Shown: in pieces, positions 21,004-32,208 of the stretch
Numbering within the stretch: position 1 is the stretch's first letter
Layout: every line of letters begins with the position of its first letter
Assembly (NCBI GenBank): GCA_963826605.1
Contig: CAWGXN010000003.1
Coordinates: forward strand, 215,585-279,584
DNA: 64,000 nt
Direction of reading: 5' to 3'
Source: an uncultured Alphaproteobacteria bacterium
Lineage (GTDB): Bacteria; Pseudomonadota; Alphaproteobacteria; MPNO01; DASWLB01
Program-made: the position numbers and the translations under genes
The notes under the pieces: generated by a model
The model's input: the letters and a program-made list of their open reading frames with translations, nothing else
Told to the model about the DNA's origin: nothing
Databases searched by the model: none

Positions 21004-22005
21004 TCAGCTGCCCGGCTGGTAGAGCAGCGACTTCAGCTTCTTGTAGTCGACGGCATAGTGCAGCTTGTCGTTCTCCGCCCATTTGGCTTCGTAGACGGTC
21101 TTGAGGTAGGCGGCGCGGACCGCGCCCTTCAGCTCGACGTCCTTGAGCCCCGCCTCCTTCAGCTTGGCGTCGTCCTGCTCGCCCTTCTTGGTCAGGATGG
21201 CCGATCCCTTGGTCTCGTAGTTGCGGGCGTATTTCTCGAGCAGATCCTGCTGCTCCTTCGACAGCCCCTTCCACTTGTCGAGATTGACGACGGTGAGCAG
21301 GCTCGCCCCGTAGAAGGACGGCGTGACGCGGTACTTGATGAAGCGCTGCCAGCCATACTTGGCGATCGAGCCCCACGGCCAGGCGAGCCCGTCGACCACG
21401 CCGCGCTCCAGCCCGGCATAGACATCGGACGGCGCCATCACGATGGTCGTCGCGCCCATCGCCTGCAGCATCGGGCGATAGAGCCCCGTCGTGCGCATCT
21501 TCATGCCGTGCAGGTCGAGGCCGGTCTCCTTGCTCTCCTTCGGCATCTTCAGGAAGTAGGTGTAGAAGATCTGCGCCTTGAAGTCCGTCCAGGCCAGGAT
21601 GTGGGCGTTCAGCCCCTTGCCCCACGCCTCCTGCAGCATCTCCCACGCGCCGTTCTTGCGGATCTCGTCCAGCGGCACGTTCTGCGCGCCGGGAATGTGG
21701 GCCGCGGCGAACACGCCGCCGTAATAGGCGGCGGGGCACGAGATGATGTCGATCAGGCCGCGCTTCAGCGCCGGGCCCTGCTTCTGGAACGGCGTCACCT
21801 CCGGCCCGCCGATATAGCGGATATGCACGTCGCCCTTTTCCGCGTTCAGCGGGTCGAGGAACGTCTGCGCCATCGCCTGGGTGTAGTCGTGGTTGCGGGC
21901 AAGGCAGGTGGTCATCTTCAGCGTGGTGGTGTCGGCATGCGCCGAGGCGCCGAACGCGAGCGCGACGGCGCCGGCGAATATCGCTGTGGCGAACCTTCTC
22001 GACAT
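21004..22005 (-). CDS. TRAP-type transporter substrate-binding protein (DctP-like)
   Basis: Signal peptide plus periplasmic-binding-protein-like sequence. No DctQ/DctM genes are adjacent. Confidence 0.7.
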   Translation of the reverse strand: MSRRFATAIFAGAVALAFGASAHADTTTLKMTTCLARNHDYTQAMAQTFLDPLNAEKGDVHIRYIGGPEVTPFQKQGPALKRGLIDIISCPAAYYGGVFAAAHIPGAQNVPLDEIRKNGAWEMLQEAWGKGLNAHILAWTDFKAQIFYTYFLKMPKESKETGLDLHGMKMRTTGLYRPMLQAMGATTIVMAPSDVYAGLERGVVDGLAWPWGSIAKYGWQRFIKYRVTPSFYGASLLTVVNLDKWKGLSKEQQDLLEKYARNYETKGSAILTKKGEQDDAKLKEAGLKDVELKGAVRAAYLKTVYEAKWAENDKLHYAVDYKKLKSLLYQPGS

Positions 22006-22174
22006 GTTCAGTATCTCCCAGTTGCGGTTGCCTTATCGCCCGGCGCGGGCGGTCGTTCTTCTTCGGGAACGCGGACGGCGACTGGACAGTGACCGGAACT
22101 CATCCCGCACCGACTTGGAAGTGTAGCAGGTTTCGGGCGGCGTGCACGACGCGATCCACCGCGGGAGGGGCGCG

Positions 22175-23155
22175 TCAGGCTTGCGGGTCGTCGAGGTAGC
22201 GCACGTCCCAATCGGGCTCGTTCTTGAAGGCCTCGGGGATGTCGTGCATCCAGATATTTGCGCCGAACGTCTCGTCCCAGTCGCGCGGCAGCCAGGAATC
22301 GTCCAGGTAGTCGGCGTCGGCGATATATTCGGCGTGTCCGCCGGCCGGGCAGGGGATGTAGTAGTAGATCGCCGAGGAGACGCGGTGGCGGCCCAGCCCG
22401 GCCACGCCGCCCGTCGTGCGCCTCGTGGCCCAGCCGCGCCGCTCCAGGTAGTTCGCCCCGACCATCACCTCGTCGATGTCGTCGCAGGCGAAGGCCGCGT
22501 GGTTGAACCCGACCTTGCGCGCACGCGCCGGCAGGAAGTCGCGGTTCAGGAAGAAGATGTTGTGGTGCTCGTGCGAGCCGTCGGCGCGGGCGTAGCAGCC
22601 CAGCGTGCGCTGCGAATCCGACAGGCGGAACTGCAGCCTCTCGCGGAAGAATTTCAGCGAGGCCCACGGGTCGGCCACCTGGAACACGACATGGGCGATG
22701 AATTTGGGCCGGGCACGCTTGCGCCAGGTGCGGTGGTGGTTCACCCGGTTGGCGCGCCCGGGGGTGTTCACCGGGTCGGAGACGCTGACGATCTCGCGCC
22801 GGTGGAACACGCGCAGACCCTGGGGCATGCCGTCGTCGGCCACGAAATGGGCCGTGCCGTCATTGTCGCGCCGCACCTCGCGGTCGGTCTTGAGCCCGGC
22901 GACAAGGCGCTCCAGCGCCGCCTCGGTGTCGACGCCCCAGATCGTCTCCTTGATGCCGGGCCCCTCGTACCAGGGTGCGGGCAGGGCAGGATCGCCGTTC
23001 TTGCGCAGCTCGACCTTCGAGCCGTCGGCGAGCTCGAATATGGCGAGATCGCGCGCCTCGCGGTCGACGCGCAGCCCGTAATCGACGAAGAACCGCGTCG
23101 AGGCCTCCATGTCGTCGACGCCGTAGACCGCGGTCTCCACACCCAGGATGGCCAT
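22175..23155 (-). CDS. VOC (glyoxalase/extradiol dioxygenase) family protein
   Basis: Two VOC-like modules (MAILGVETAVYGVDD..., IAHVVFQVADP...). Confidence 0.65.
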   Translation of the reverse strand: MAILGVETAVYGVDDMEASTRFFVDYGLRVDREARDLAIFELADGSKVELRKNGDPALPAPWYEGPGIKETIWGVDTEAALERLVAGLKTDREVRRDNDGTAHFVADDGMPQGLRVFHRREIVSVSDPVNTPGRANRVNHHRTWRKRARPKFIAHVVFQVADPWASLKFFRERLQFRLSDSQRTLGCYARADGSHEHHNIFFLNRDFLPARARKVGFNHAAFACDDIDEVMVGANYLERRGWATRRTTGGVAGLGRHRVSSAIYYYIPCPAGGHAEYIADADYLDDSWLPRDWDETFGANIWMHDIPEAFKNEPDWDVRYLDDPQA

Positions 23156-23367
23156 GCGCTTCCTCCTGCCGCCGTACGATCGTCAGCATACGTAGCGTCG
23201 GCCCGGCCCGTCAAACGCGGATGGCCGGCCTCCTTCCATGCGCTGACATTCTCCCCGCAAACGGGGATCGCCTTCACCCGCGCGGCGGAGTGATTCTCTA
23301 CCTGTCACCCCGGACGGCGCGCAGCGTCGATCTGGGGCCCATGTTTCGACTTCCGATACGCGGGACG

Positions 23368-23414
23368 ATGGGTCCCGGCTCTGCGCCGCGTTGCGGCTTG
23401 GCCGGGATGACAAT
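23368..23414. repeat. REP-like element, family B (copy 2, inverted orientation)
   Basis: atgggtcccggctctgcgccgcgttgcggcttggccgggatgacaat matches the reverse complement of 4327..4374, with mismatches in the central segment. Confidence 0.5.
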
Positions 23415-23430
23415 CTGGGGTGAGCTTCCG

Positions 23431-24252
23431 TCAGGCTCCCGTTACGGGCAGCTTCACGCCGTTGCCCCACAGCCGGATGCCGCCGATCAGCCCCATCTCG
23501 TTGGGGATGACCTTCACGTCCTGCGGCAGCTCGATGGTGAGCTTCTTGGCGTTGCCACCGCCGATATACAGCGTGTCGAAGTTCAGCAGCGTGCGGAATG
23601 CCTCGATCGTCTCGGCGACGCGATGGTTCCACTTCTTCTTGCCGACCTCCTTGAGCGCGGCATTGCCGAGCCACTGGTTCAGCGTGTGCTTCTTGCGCGT
23701 CGGGAAGTGGGCGAACTCCATGTGCGGCAGAAGCTGGCCGTTATAGAACAGCGCCGTGCCGAACCCGGTGCCCAGCGTCATCACGAACTCGAACCCCTCG
23801 CCCGAGATCGCGCCGAACCCCTGCACGTCGGCGTCGTTCAGCAGTCGCACCGGCTTGCCCAGCTTGTCGGACAGCGTCTTGGCCAGCGGGAAGCCGTGCC
23901 AGATGTTGTTGCCGAAATGCGGCGCGGTGATCACCACGCCTTCGCGCACCACGCCGGGAAACCCGATCGAGACGCGGTGATAGTCCGGCAGCGGCGCCAC
24001 CAGCTTCACCAGCGCGTCGACGATCGCCGCGGGCTCGCCCGGCGCCGGGGTCGGCACGCGCACCCGCTCGCCGATCATCTGGCCCTTGGCGTCGAGCAGC
24101 GCGGCCTTCAGGCCGGTTCCCCCCACGTCGATGGCGAGGGTGCGCACCCCCCGCCCGCGCGTCGCGCCCTTCGCCGCCTTGGCGCCCGCATGCTTCACCA
24201 CAGCCTGATTTGCGCCCGGCTTTGCCGTGGAGCGCGTCCCTGTCCGTGCCAT
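23431..24252 (-). CDS. ROK family kinase, polyphosphate glucokinase-like
   Basis: LAIDVGGTGLK, NDADVQG, TLGTGFG. Confidence 0.75.
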   Translation of the reverse strand: MARTGTRSTAKPGANQAVVKHAGAKAAKGATRGRGVRTLAIDVGGTGLKAALLDAKGQMIGERVRVPTPAPGEPAAIVDALVKLVAPLPDYHRVSIGFPGVVREGVVITAPHFGNNIWHGFPLAKTLSDKLGKPVRLLNDADVQGFGAISGEGFEFVMTLGTGFGTALFYNGQLLPHMEFAHFPTRKKHTLNQWLGNAALKEVGKKKWNHRVAETIEAFRTLLNFDTLYIGGGNAKKLTIELPQDVKVIPNEMGLIGGIRLWGNGVKLPVTGA

Positions 24253-24411
24253 CGGAACCCCCTGTGCTTGCCCGCTTCCGAACGCCCGTTATACCCGGAC
24301 CTCTATCGTAAGCCGAACGGGCCGGGGCGCGCATGCCTAATTCTGGGCGCGCGGGACGCTACCGCACGGCGGGCGCAAGCCTTACGATGGGCGAAAATCG
24401 GGGGAACGCTC

Positions 24412-25480
24412 ATGCTGATCCAGGCCGACCGCCTGCGCGGCTTCGTCGCCGATATCGTCGCCGCCGGCGGCAGCCGGCCCGAGGAGGCGGCCGAGGTGGC
24501 CCGCCATTTGGTCGAGGCCAACCTGAAGGGCCATGACAGCCACGGCGTCGGCATGATGCCCAGCTACGTGCGGGCGCTCGGGCTCGGCCACCTCAAGCCG
24601 AACGTCGCGCTCGGCACGGTGAAGGCGATGGGCCCGATCGGCGTGTTCGACGGCGGCCAGGGCTACGGCCAGATGATGGCGCGCGCCGCCACCGCCTGGG
24701 CGATCGACCGGGCGAAGGAAAGCGGCATCGGGCTGTTCGCGCTGCGCAATACCCATCACGTCGGGCGGGTCGGCACCTATGGCGAGCAGGCGGCCGAGGC
24801 GGGGCTGGTCGCGATCTTCTTCGTCAACGTGCTGATCGTGCCGGGGCGGGTCGCGCCCTGGGGCGGCATCGCCGGGCGGCTCGGCACCGACCCGATCTGC
24901 ATCACCTTTCCCGGCCAGGACGGCAAGCCGCCCTTCGTGCTCGACTTCGCGACAAGCCGCGTCGCAGCCGGCAAGGTGCGCGTCGCGCTCAACGAGGGGA
25001 AGAAGGTGCCGGAAGGCTGGATCATCGACGCGGCGGGCCGCGATTCGACCGAGCCGGGCACGTTCTTCGGGCGCTCGCCGGCCGACGGGGGCGGTGCGCT
25101 GCTGCCGTTCGGCGAGCACAAGGGGTCCGGCCTCGCCGTCGCGTGCGAGCTGCTGGCCGGCGTGCTGGCCGGGGCGGGGGCGATGCACGAGAACGCGCCC
25201 AGCCGCGGCGTGCAGAACGGCATGTTCGCCATCCTGATCGACCCGGCGCAACTTCGCCGAGCCGGACTGGCTGGCGGCGGAGACGGGCCGGCTGATCGGC
25301 TGGGTGAAGTCCGCCCCGCCGCGTCCGGGCGTCGACGCGGTGCTGGTGGCCGGCGAGCCCGAGCGGATCTCGATGGCGCGCCGGCTCACGGAGGGGATCC
25401 GGATCGACGACACGACCTGGGGCGAGATGGTCGCGGCGGCCAAGACCGCCGGCGTGCCTTCCGACCGGATTCCGACGTAG
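24412..25480 (+). CDS. Ldh2 (malate/L-lactate dehydrogenase type 2) family oxidoreductase, frame break near 25248
   Basis: LKGHDSHGV, NTHHVGR, FGEHKGSGL. The C-terminal 75 codons (FAEPDWLAAETGRLIGW...IPT stop 25478-25480) lie in another frame. Confidence 0.75.
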
Positions 25481-25566
25481 CCGGGGCGATCGGCCAGCCC
25501 GGAAGTTCGCGTACGACCCAGGATAGAAACGAACTTCGGATTTCGGGCACTAGGGGCGGAACGGGC

Positions 25567-26502
25567 TCACGCCAGCTGCTCCCGCAGCCGGGCGACGGCC
25601 TCCATCTGGCGCTCGTGGTCGCCGGCGAGGCGCAGCACAACGTGGCTCGCCCCCGCCGCGGCGTATTTGCCGAGCCACTCCGCCGCGCCCGCCTCCGGCC
25701 CGGCATAGAAGGTGTGGATCCGGTGGAGCGACGCGGCCGGCTGGCCGTAATAGCGCTCGAGGAAGGAGTCCACCCGCGCCTGGGCGCGCGCCGCGTCGTC
25801 GTCGAGATAGAGCGTGACGTAGGTCGCGCCGGCAAGGGCGGCGGGATCGCGCCCGGCGTCGGCGGCGAGCGCCTGCACCTCCTGCCAGCCGGCGGCCCAG
25901 CGCTCCGGGTCCGGCCCGTTCGGAAACCAGGCGTCGAAATGCCTGGCGGCGCGCTCGCGCGCCCCGCGCGCCGTGCCGCCGCCCCAGATGGGCGGGCCGC
26001 CCGGCCGGTGCGGGGTGGGGGCCAGCGAGCCCTTTGCGACGGTCCAGCGCCCGTCCCAGTCGACCGGCTGGCCGGTCCACAGCGCGCGGCACAGCCGCAG
26101 CCCCTCCAGCAGCCGGCCGACGCGCTTGTCGAATGGCACGCCCGAGGCGGCGAACTCGGCGCGGATGGCGGGCTGGTCGGTGGCGATGCCGACGCCCAGG
26201 ATCAGCCGCCCCTCGCTCACCTGGTCGACCGTCGCGGCCTGGTGGGCGAGCTGGACCGGGTTGCGCATCGCCGGCAGCAGCACCGCCGTGCCCAGCTGGA
26301 CGCGGCGGGTGCGCGCGGCGGCGGCGGCGAGCAGCGTCAGCGGCTCGTGGCGCGGCCGGGCGAGCAGCGAATCGCCCACCCAGACCGAATCGAACCCCAG
26401 CGCCTCGGCCCGCTCGGCGAGGGCGAGCAGCGGCAGGGCGGCCGGCCGGCCCTCCATGATGCTCTCGCGCGTGGGCAGCAAATATCCGATGCTGAGGCTC
26501 AT
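25567..26502 (-). CDS. LLM-class flavin/F420-dependent oxidoreductase
   Basis: Luciferase-like sequence (FDSVWVGDSLLARP, GRLILGVG). Start taken at MSLSIGYLLP. Confidence 0.8.
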   Translation of the reverse strand: MSLSIGYLLPTRESIMEGRPAALPLLALAERAEALGFDSVWVGDSLLARPRHEPLTLLAAAAARTRRVQLGTAVLLPAMRNPVQLAHQAATVDQVSEGRLILGVGIATDQPAIRAEFAASGVPFDKRVGRLLEGLRLCRALWTGQPVDWDGRWTVAKGSLAPTPHRPGGPPIWGGGTARGARERAARHFDAWFPNGPDPERWAAGWQEVQALAADAGRDPAALAGATYVTLYLDDDAARAQARVDSFLERYYGQPAASLHRIHTFYAGPEAGAAEWLGKYAAAGASHVVLRLAGDHERQMEAVARLREQLA

Positions 26503-26564
26503 GGCGTCTCCGTCGGCGGGGTCTGGGCGGCGCCCATCATGTGCGGCAAGGCGGGAGGGACGCA

Positions 26565-27452
26565 ATGGATGTCGGGTTCATCGGGCTGGGCAAGATGGGC
26601 GGGGCGATCGCGCGGCGGCTGGCAGGGACGCGCCCGCTCTCGGTCTACGACCTGCGGCAGGAGGCGATGGCCGGGCTGGCCGACCACGGGGCGCAGCCGG
26701 TCGCCAGCGCGGCGGAGCTCGCGCGGCGCTGCGATACGGTGCTGCTCTGCCTGCCCACGTCGAACGACGTGCGCCGCGTGCTGTTCGACGAAGGCGTCGC
26801 CGACGCGCTGCGCCCGGGCGGCATCGTCGTCGACATGACCACCGGCGATCCCGCCGCGACGCGCGAGATGGCGGCGCGCCTGGCGGCGGCGGGGCGCGAG
26901 ATGGTCGACGCGCCGGTTTCGGGCGGGCCAATGGGGGCGGAGGCGGGGACGCTCGCCATCATGGTCGGCGCGCCCGACGCGGCCTTCGCGCGGCTCCGCC
27001 CGATGCTGGCGGAGGTGAGCCCCAACGTGATGCATGCGGGCGGGGTGGGCGCGGGCCACACGATGAAGCTGGTGAACAATTTGGTCTCGGCGGGCAACCG
27101 TCTGGTCGTGTTCGAGGCGGTGGCGCTCGGCGTCAAGAACGGGCTCGACCCCGCCACATGCGTCGCCATCCTGCAGAAATCGTCGGGGCGCAGCTTCACG
27201 ACCGAGGTGATCTTTCCGCGCTTCATCCTGACCGGCACGCTGGATCAGAACTTCACCATCGGGCTGATGCACAAGGACGTGTCGCTGGCCACCGCGCTCG
27301 CCGCCGGCTCCGGCGCACCGCTCGCCATGGGCGAGATCACCCGCCGCGTGCTGGACGAGGCCGTCGCGGCCGGCGAGGCCGACGCCGACCTCTGCACCCT
27401 GATCCGGCGCTACGAGGCGGCCGCCGGGGTCAAGATCGCGGGCGGAGAGTGA
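26565..27452 (+). CDS. NAD(P)-dependent oxidoreductase, 3-hydroxyisobutyrate dehydrogenase family
   Basis: MDVGFIGLGKMGGAIARRL Rossmann motif and GAGHTMKLVNN. Confidence 0.8.
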   Translation: MDVGFIGLGKMGGAIARRLAGTRPLSVYDLRQEAMAGLADHGAQPVASAAELARRCDTVLLCLPTSNDVRRVLFDEGVADALRPGGIVVDMTTGDPAATREMAARLAAAGREMVDAPVSGGPMGAEAGTLAIMVGAPDAAFARLRPMLAEVSPNVMHAGGVGAGHTMKLVNNLVSAGNRLVVFEAVALGVKNGLDPATCVAILQKSSGRSFTTEVIFPRFILTGTLDQNFTIGLMHKDVSLATALAAGSGAPLAMGEITRRVLDEAVAAGEADADLCTLIRRYEAAAGVKIAGGE

Positions 27453-27525
27453 CGCCGGCGCCCCGCCGCTTGCCGGGCGGGCGCGGCAGCCCTACCATCG
27501 CGGCGAACGGCCTGGGGAGGGCGCC

Positions 27526-28728
<1,203 letters not shown>

Positions 28729-28733
28729 TCCCG

Positions 28734-29201
28734 GTGAGCAACTTCCTGCGCGAGTTCCGCGATTTCGCCGCACGCGGCAACGTGTTCGACCTGGCGGTCG
28801 GCATCGTCATCGGCGCGGCGTTCGGAAAGATCACCGCGTCCTTCGTGAAGGACATCATCATGCCGCCGATCGGCTATCTGATCGGCGGGATCGACTTCTC
28901 CGAGATCTACGTGAACCTGACGGGGACGCATTACCCGAATCTCGCCGAGGCCACCAAGGCCGGCGCGCCGACCATCAATGTCGGCGTGTTCGTGAACACG
29001 GTGATCGACTTCCTCATCATCGCGTTCGCCGTGTTCCTGCTGGTCCGCGCCGTCAACCGGATGAAGACGAAGCCGCCGCCGCCCGCCGCCGCGCCCACCT
29101 CGCGCGACTGCCCGTACTGCCTGTCCACCATCCCCATCAGGGCGACGCGCTGCCCCCACTGCACGTCCGAGCTGCCGGCGGTCGAGATGGCCGAGACGTA
29201 G
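28734..29201 (+). CDS. mscL: large-conductance mechanosensitive channel with a C-terminal CxxC...CxxC extension
   Basis: FLREFRDFAARGNVFDLAVGIVIGAAFGKI plus the tail CPYCLSTIPIRATRCPHC. Confidence 0.9.
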   Translation: MSNFLREFRDFAARGNVFDLAVGIVIGAAFGKITASFVKDIIMPPIGYLIGGIDFSEIYVNLTGTHYPNLAEATKAGAPTINVGVFVNTVIDFLIIAFAVFLLVRAVNRMKTKPPPPAAAPTSRDCPYCLSTIPIRATRCPHCTSELPAVEMAET

Positions 29202-29257
29202 CAGCAAATCGTGCTATTTGTGGCCCGGAAGTCTATCGGAAACGGGAGGGCGGAAAC

Positions 29258-30112
29258 GTGCGATTCGTGAGCTTCGAGGCGAACGGCGAGGCGTCGTTCG
29301 GGCTGGTCGAGGGCGACGGCGTGGTCGATCTCGGCCCGCGCCTGAAGGACGTGCGCGGGACGATCGACCTGCTGACGCCGGAGGCGCAGAAGAAGGCCGC
29401 CGCCGCCGCCAAGGGCGCGGCCGCCGACTACCGGCTCGACGAGATCGCCTATCTGCGCGCCGTGCCGTTCCCCGAGAAGATCATCTGCATCGGGGTGAAT
29501 TACGGCAACCGCGCCCAGGAATACGACCAGGTCGCCAAGACCACCTATCCCAGCGTGTTCCTGCGCGTGCCGGAATCGATGACCGGCCACAACCGGCCGA
29601 TGATCCGCCCGCAGGAATCCGAGCAGCTCGATTACGAAGGCGAGATCGGCCTGATCATCGGCCAGGGCGGGCGGCGCATCCCGCGCGACAAGGCGCTTTC
29701 GCACATCGCGGCGCTCACCTGCGTCAACGAGGGCGCGGTGCGCGACTGGATGCGCCACGGCCAGTTCAACGTCACGCAGGGCAAGAACTTCGACGCCACC
29801 GGCGCGTACGGCCCGTGGATCGTCACCGCCGACGAATTCCCGGGCGGCTATGGCGACATGCACATCACCACCAAGGTGAACGGCGAGGTGCGCCAGAACG
29901 ACACGACGGCGAACATCATCTTCGATTTCGCCTACATCATCTCGTATCTCTCGACCTTCATGACCCTCAAGACGGGCGACGTGATCGCGTCGGGCACGCC
30001 GACCGGCTCGGGCGCGCGGCTCAAGCCGCCGGTCTGGCTCAAGGCCGGCGACGAGGTGACGGTCGAGGTGTCGGGCGTCGGGCTGTTGCGCAACCCGATC
30101 GAGGCCGATTAG
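29258..30112 (+). CDS. fumarylacetoacetate hydrolase family protein
   Basis: ICIGVNY, LDYEGEIGLIIG, DVIASGTPTG. GTG start. Confidence 0.85.
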   Translation: MRFVSFEANGEASFGLVEGDGVVDLGPRLKDVRGTIDLLTPEAQKKAAAAAKGAAADYRLDEIAYLRAVPFPEKIICIGVNYGNRAQEYDQVAKTTYPSVFLRVPESMTGHNRPMIRPQESEQLDYEGEIGLIIGQGGRRIPRDKALSHIAALTCVNEGAVRDWMRHGQFNVTQGKNFDATGAYGPWIVTADEFPGGYGDMHITTKVNGEVRQNDTTANIIFDFAYIISYLSTFMTLKTGDVIASGTPTGSGARLKPPVWLKAGDEVTVEVSGVGLLRNPIEAD

Positions 30113-30130
30113 GGCCGCACGCGTCCTGGG

Positions 30131-30201
30131 GTCATTGCGAGCGAAGCGAAGCAATCCAGAAGGACGCTGGATTGCTTCGTCGCTGCGCTCCTCGCAATGA
30201 C
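30131..30201. repeat. REP-like palindromic element, family A (copy 3)
   Basis: gtcattgcgagcgaagcgaagcaatccag / ctggattgcttcgtcgctgcgctcctcgcaatgac, lying between convergent genes. Confidence 0.65.
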
Positions 30202-30209
30202 GGTTGGGG

Positions 30210-31391
30210 CTACTCCCGCCCCAGATCGATCACGTTGCCGGACGAATCCTTGCCCTGGGCGCGGTACTGGCCGACGGCCTTGTAGAGCGGCACGTCGGTC
30301 ACGAGGTAGAGCACCGCGTCGCCCTTGCCGGTGTTGACGTGCCGGCGCCAGGCGTAGGGCGGGATCAGGAAGAAATCGTTCCGGCCCCATTCCAGCCGCT
30401 TGCCGTCGACCTCGGTATAGCCCTCGCCCTCGAGGCAGCAATACAGGCCGGAGGCGGCGTGGCGGAATGGACGCGTCGCCTCGTCCGGCCGCAGGAGCTG
30501 GGCGCGGTAGCTGAAGGTCGGCCACACGGGACGGGCGTTCACCGGGTCGACGAACTCGATGTTGATGCCCTCGTAGGGGTCGCCGTCATAGGCCTTCATC
30601 TCGTTCAGCCGGGCCCGCGTGTCGACGCCCTTGAAGTGGAACATGGGCGTCACCTGGTCGCCGTAGCCGCGCCCGAACGGGGCAAACAGCGGCTTGATCC
30701 CGCCGCCGCCGTAGAACGTGCCCGAGAAGCCCTGGTCGGGCCTGGCGTTCGGCGCGTTCTCGTAGTCGTTGCGCACCTCGACGCAGCCGAGGAAGTCCAT
30801 CAGCGGCCAATCGAGGATATCGGCCCAGTAGACCGGCGCCTTGTCGTCGTTGCCGTGCTGGTGCCAGGTGCCGTTGGGGGTGAGGATCAGGTCGCCGCGA
30901 TCGGCCGGGATGCGCTCCCCCTCGACCACGGTATAGCCGCCCGACTCGGAGAGGATCGTGCGGCTCGCGTTCGGCGAGTGCAAATGCGGCGTCGCGTCGT
31001 CGCCCGGCTTGTAGATCGAGATGGCGACGCGGATGGTATTCGAAACCTTTACCCCCTGCGTGCCGAAGGCGGGGTTGGTCAGCAGCACCGACTGGCGCTC
31101 GGTCAGCTCAAGCGGGCACAGATCGGCCAGCGTGAACAGATAGGGCTCGATGTCGGACCACTTCCACAGATGGGCGACCGGCTGGGCATGGTCGGGGCGC
31201 AGCCCGTGCGGCTTGACGCCCGGCGCGCCCGCCTCGCCCAGATGCCACGGCTTCTGGGTCGGCGTGTTCCATTTGGTGCGGATCCAGAGATCCTTGTTGC
31301 GCGCCTCGCCGTTGAGCCCTTCGAGTTCGTCGATGATTTCCTCGAGCTGCGCGGCGCGGTCGGCTGTGCGCTCGACGTCTTTGGTAGCCAT
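30210..31391 (-). CDS. bicupin dioxygenase, gentisate 1,2-dioxygenase family
   Basis: HLHSPNASRTILSESGGYTVVEGE...GDLILTPNGTWHQHGN...WADILDWPL. Confidence 0.7.
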   Translation of the reverse strand: MATKDVERTADRAAQLEEIIDELEGLNGEARNKDLWIRTKWNTPTQKPWHLGEAGAPGVKPHGLRPDHAQPVAHLWKWSDIEPYLFTLADLCPLELTERQSVLLTNPAFGTQGVKVSNTIRVAISIYKPGDDATPHLHSPNASRTILSESGGYTVVEGERIPADRGDLILTPNGTWHQHGNDDKAPVYWADILDWPLMDFLGCVEVRNDYENAPNARPDQGFSGTFYGGGGIKPLFAPFGRGYGDQVTPMFHFKGVDTRARLNEMKAYDGDPYEGINIEFVDPVNARPVWPTFSYRAQLLRPDEATRPFRHAASGLYCCLEGEGYTEVDGKRLEWGRNDFFLIPPYAWRRHVNTGKGDAVLYLVTDVPLYKAVGQYRAQGKDSSGNVIDLGRE

Positions 31392-31482
31392 GGCGATCTC
31401 CTTCCGGCGGTCTCTCGGCGCGGCCCTTGCCGCTGCCGGGACCTTAGCAAATATCTAGGTACGCGAACGAGCCTTTCCCACC

Positions 31483-31866
31483 TCAGGCCCCGCCGGGCGG
31501 CATGCGCCCGGCGGCCAGCATGGGGCCCAGCCTGCGGCCGCCGAAGATGTGGACGTGCAGATGCGGCACCTCCTGGTGGCTGTTCGGCCCGTGATTGGCG
31601 AGCAGACGGTAGCCGTCGTCGTCGAGCCCCAGCATCGCCGCGGTCTTGCCGACGGCGCGCACGAATCCGGCCATCTCCGCGTCCGTCGCATGCAGCGCGA
31701 AATCGACCCACGAGACGTAGCGCCCCTTGGGGATCACCAGCACGTGGACCGGCGCCTGCGGGTTGATGTCGTGGAAGGCGAGCGCGTGCTCGTCCTCGTA
31801 GACGGTCTTGTTGGGGATCTCCCCCCGCAGGATCTTGGCGAACACGTTGTTGTCGTCATAGGCCAT
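31483..31866 (-). CDS. HIT family protein
   Basis: Histidine triad HLHVHIFGG. Confidence 0.85.
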   Translation of the reverse strand: MAYDDNNVFAKILRGEIPNKTVYEDEHALAFHDINPQAPVHVLVIPKGRYVSWVDFALHATDAEMAGFVRAVGKTAAMLGLDDDGYRLLANHGPNSHQEVPHLHVHIFGGRRLGPMLAAGRMPPGGA

Positions 31867-31869
31867 GGC

Positions 31870-32208
31870 TCAGCCCTTCTTTCGCGCGCGCTTCTCCTCG
31901 ACGCCCGAGGTGCCCTCGCGGCGCCCGAGCTCCTCCCACACCTGGGCGGGGGCGATGCCGGCCGCCGTCCAGGCGACCAGAAGATGGTAGAGCACGTCGG
32001 CGCTTTCGCGCACCAGCGCGTCGGCATCGCCCGACTGCGCGGCCAAAGCCGCTTCCACCCCTTCCTCGCCGAGCTTCTTGGCGATCAGCATAGGCCCGCC
32101 GGCAAGGAGCTGGGCGGTGTAGGAGGTGGCGGGGTCGGCGCCGCGCCGCGCGCGGAGCGTGGCGGCGAGCCGTTCGAGCACCTGGGGGCTGGCGGCGGGC
32201 TTTCTCAT
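31870..32208 (-). CDS. hisE: phosphoribosyl-ATP pyrophosphatase
   Basis: [10 protein letters not shown]...KKLGEEGVE...[11 protein letters not shown]. Confidence 0.9.
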   Translation of the reverse strand: MRKPAASPQVLERLAATLRARRGADPATSYTAQLLAGGPMLIAKKLGEEGVEAALAAQSGDADALVRESADVLYHLLVAWTAAGIAPAQVWEELGRREGTSGVEEKRARKKG

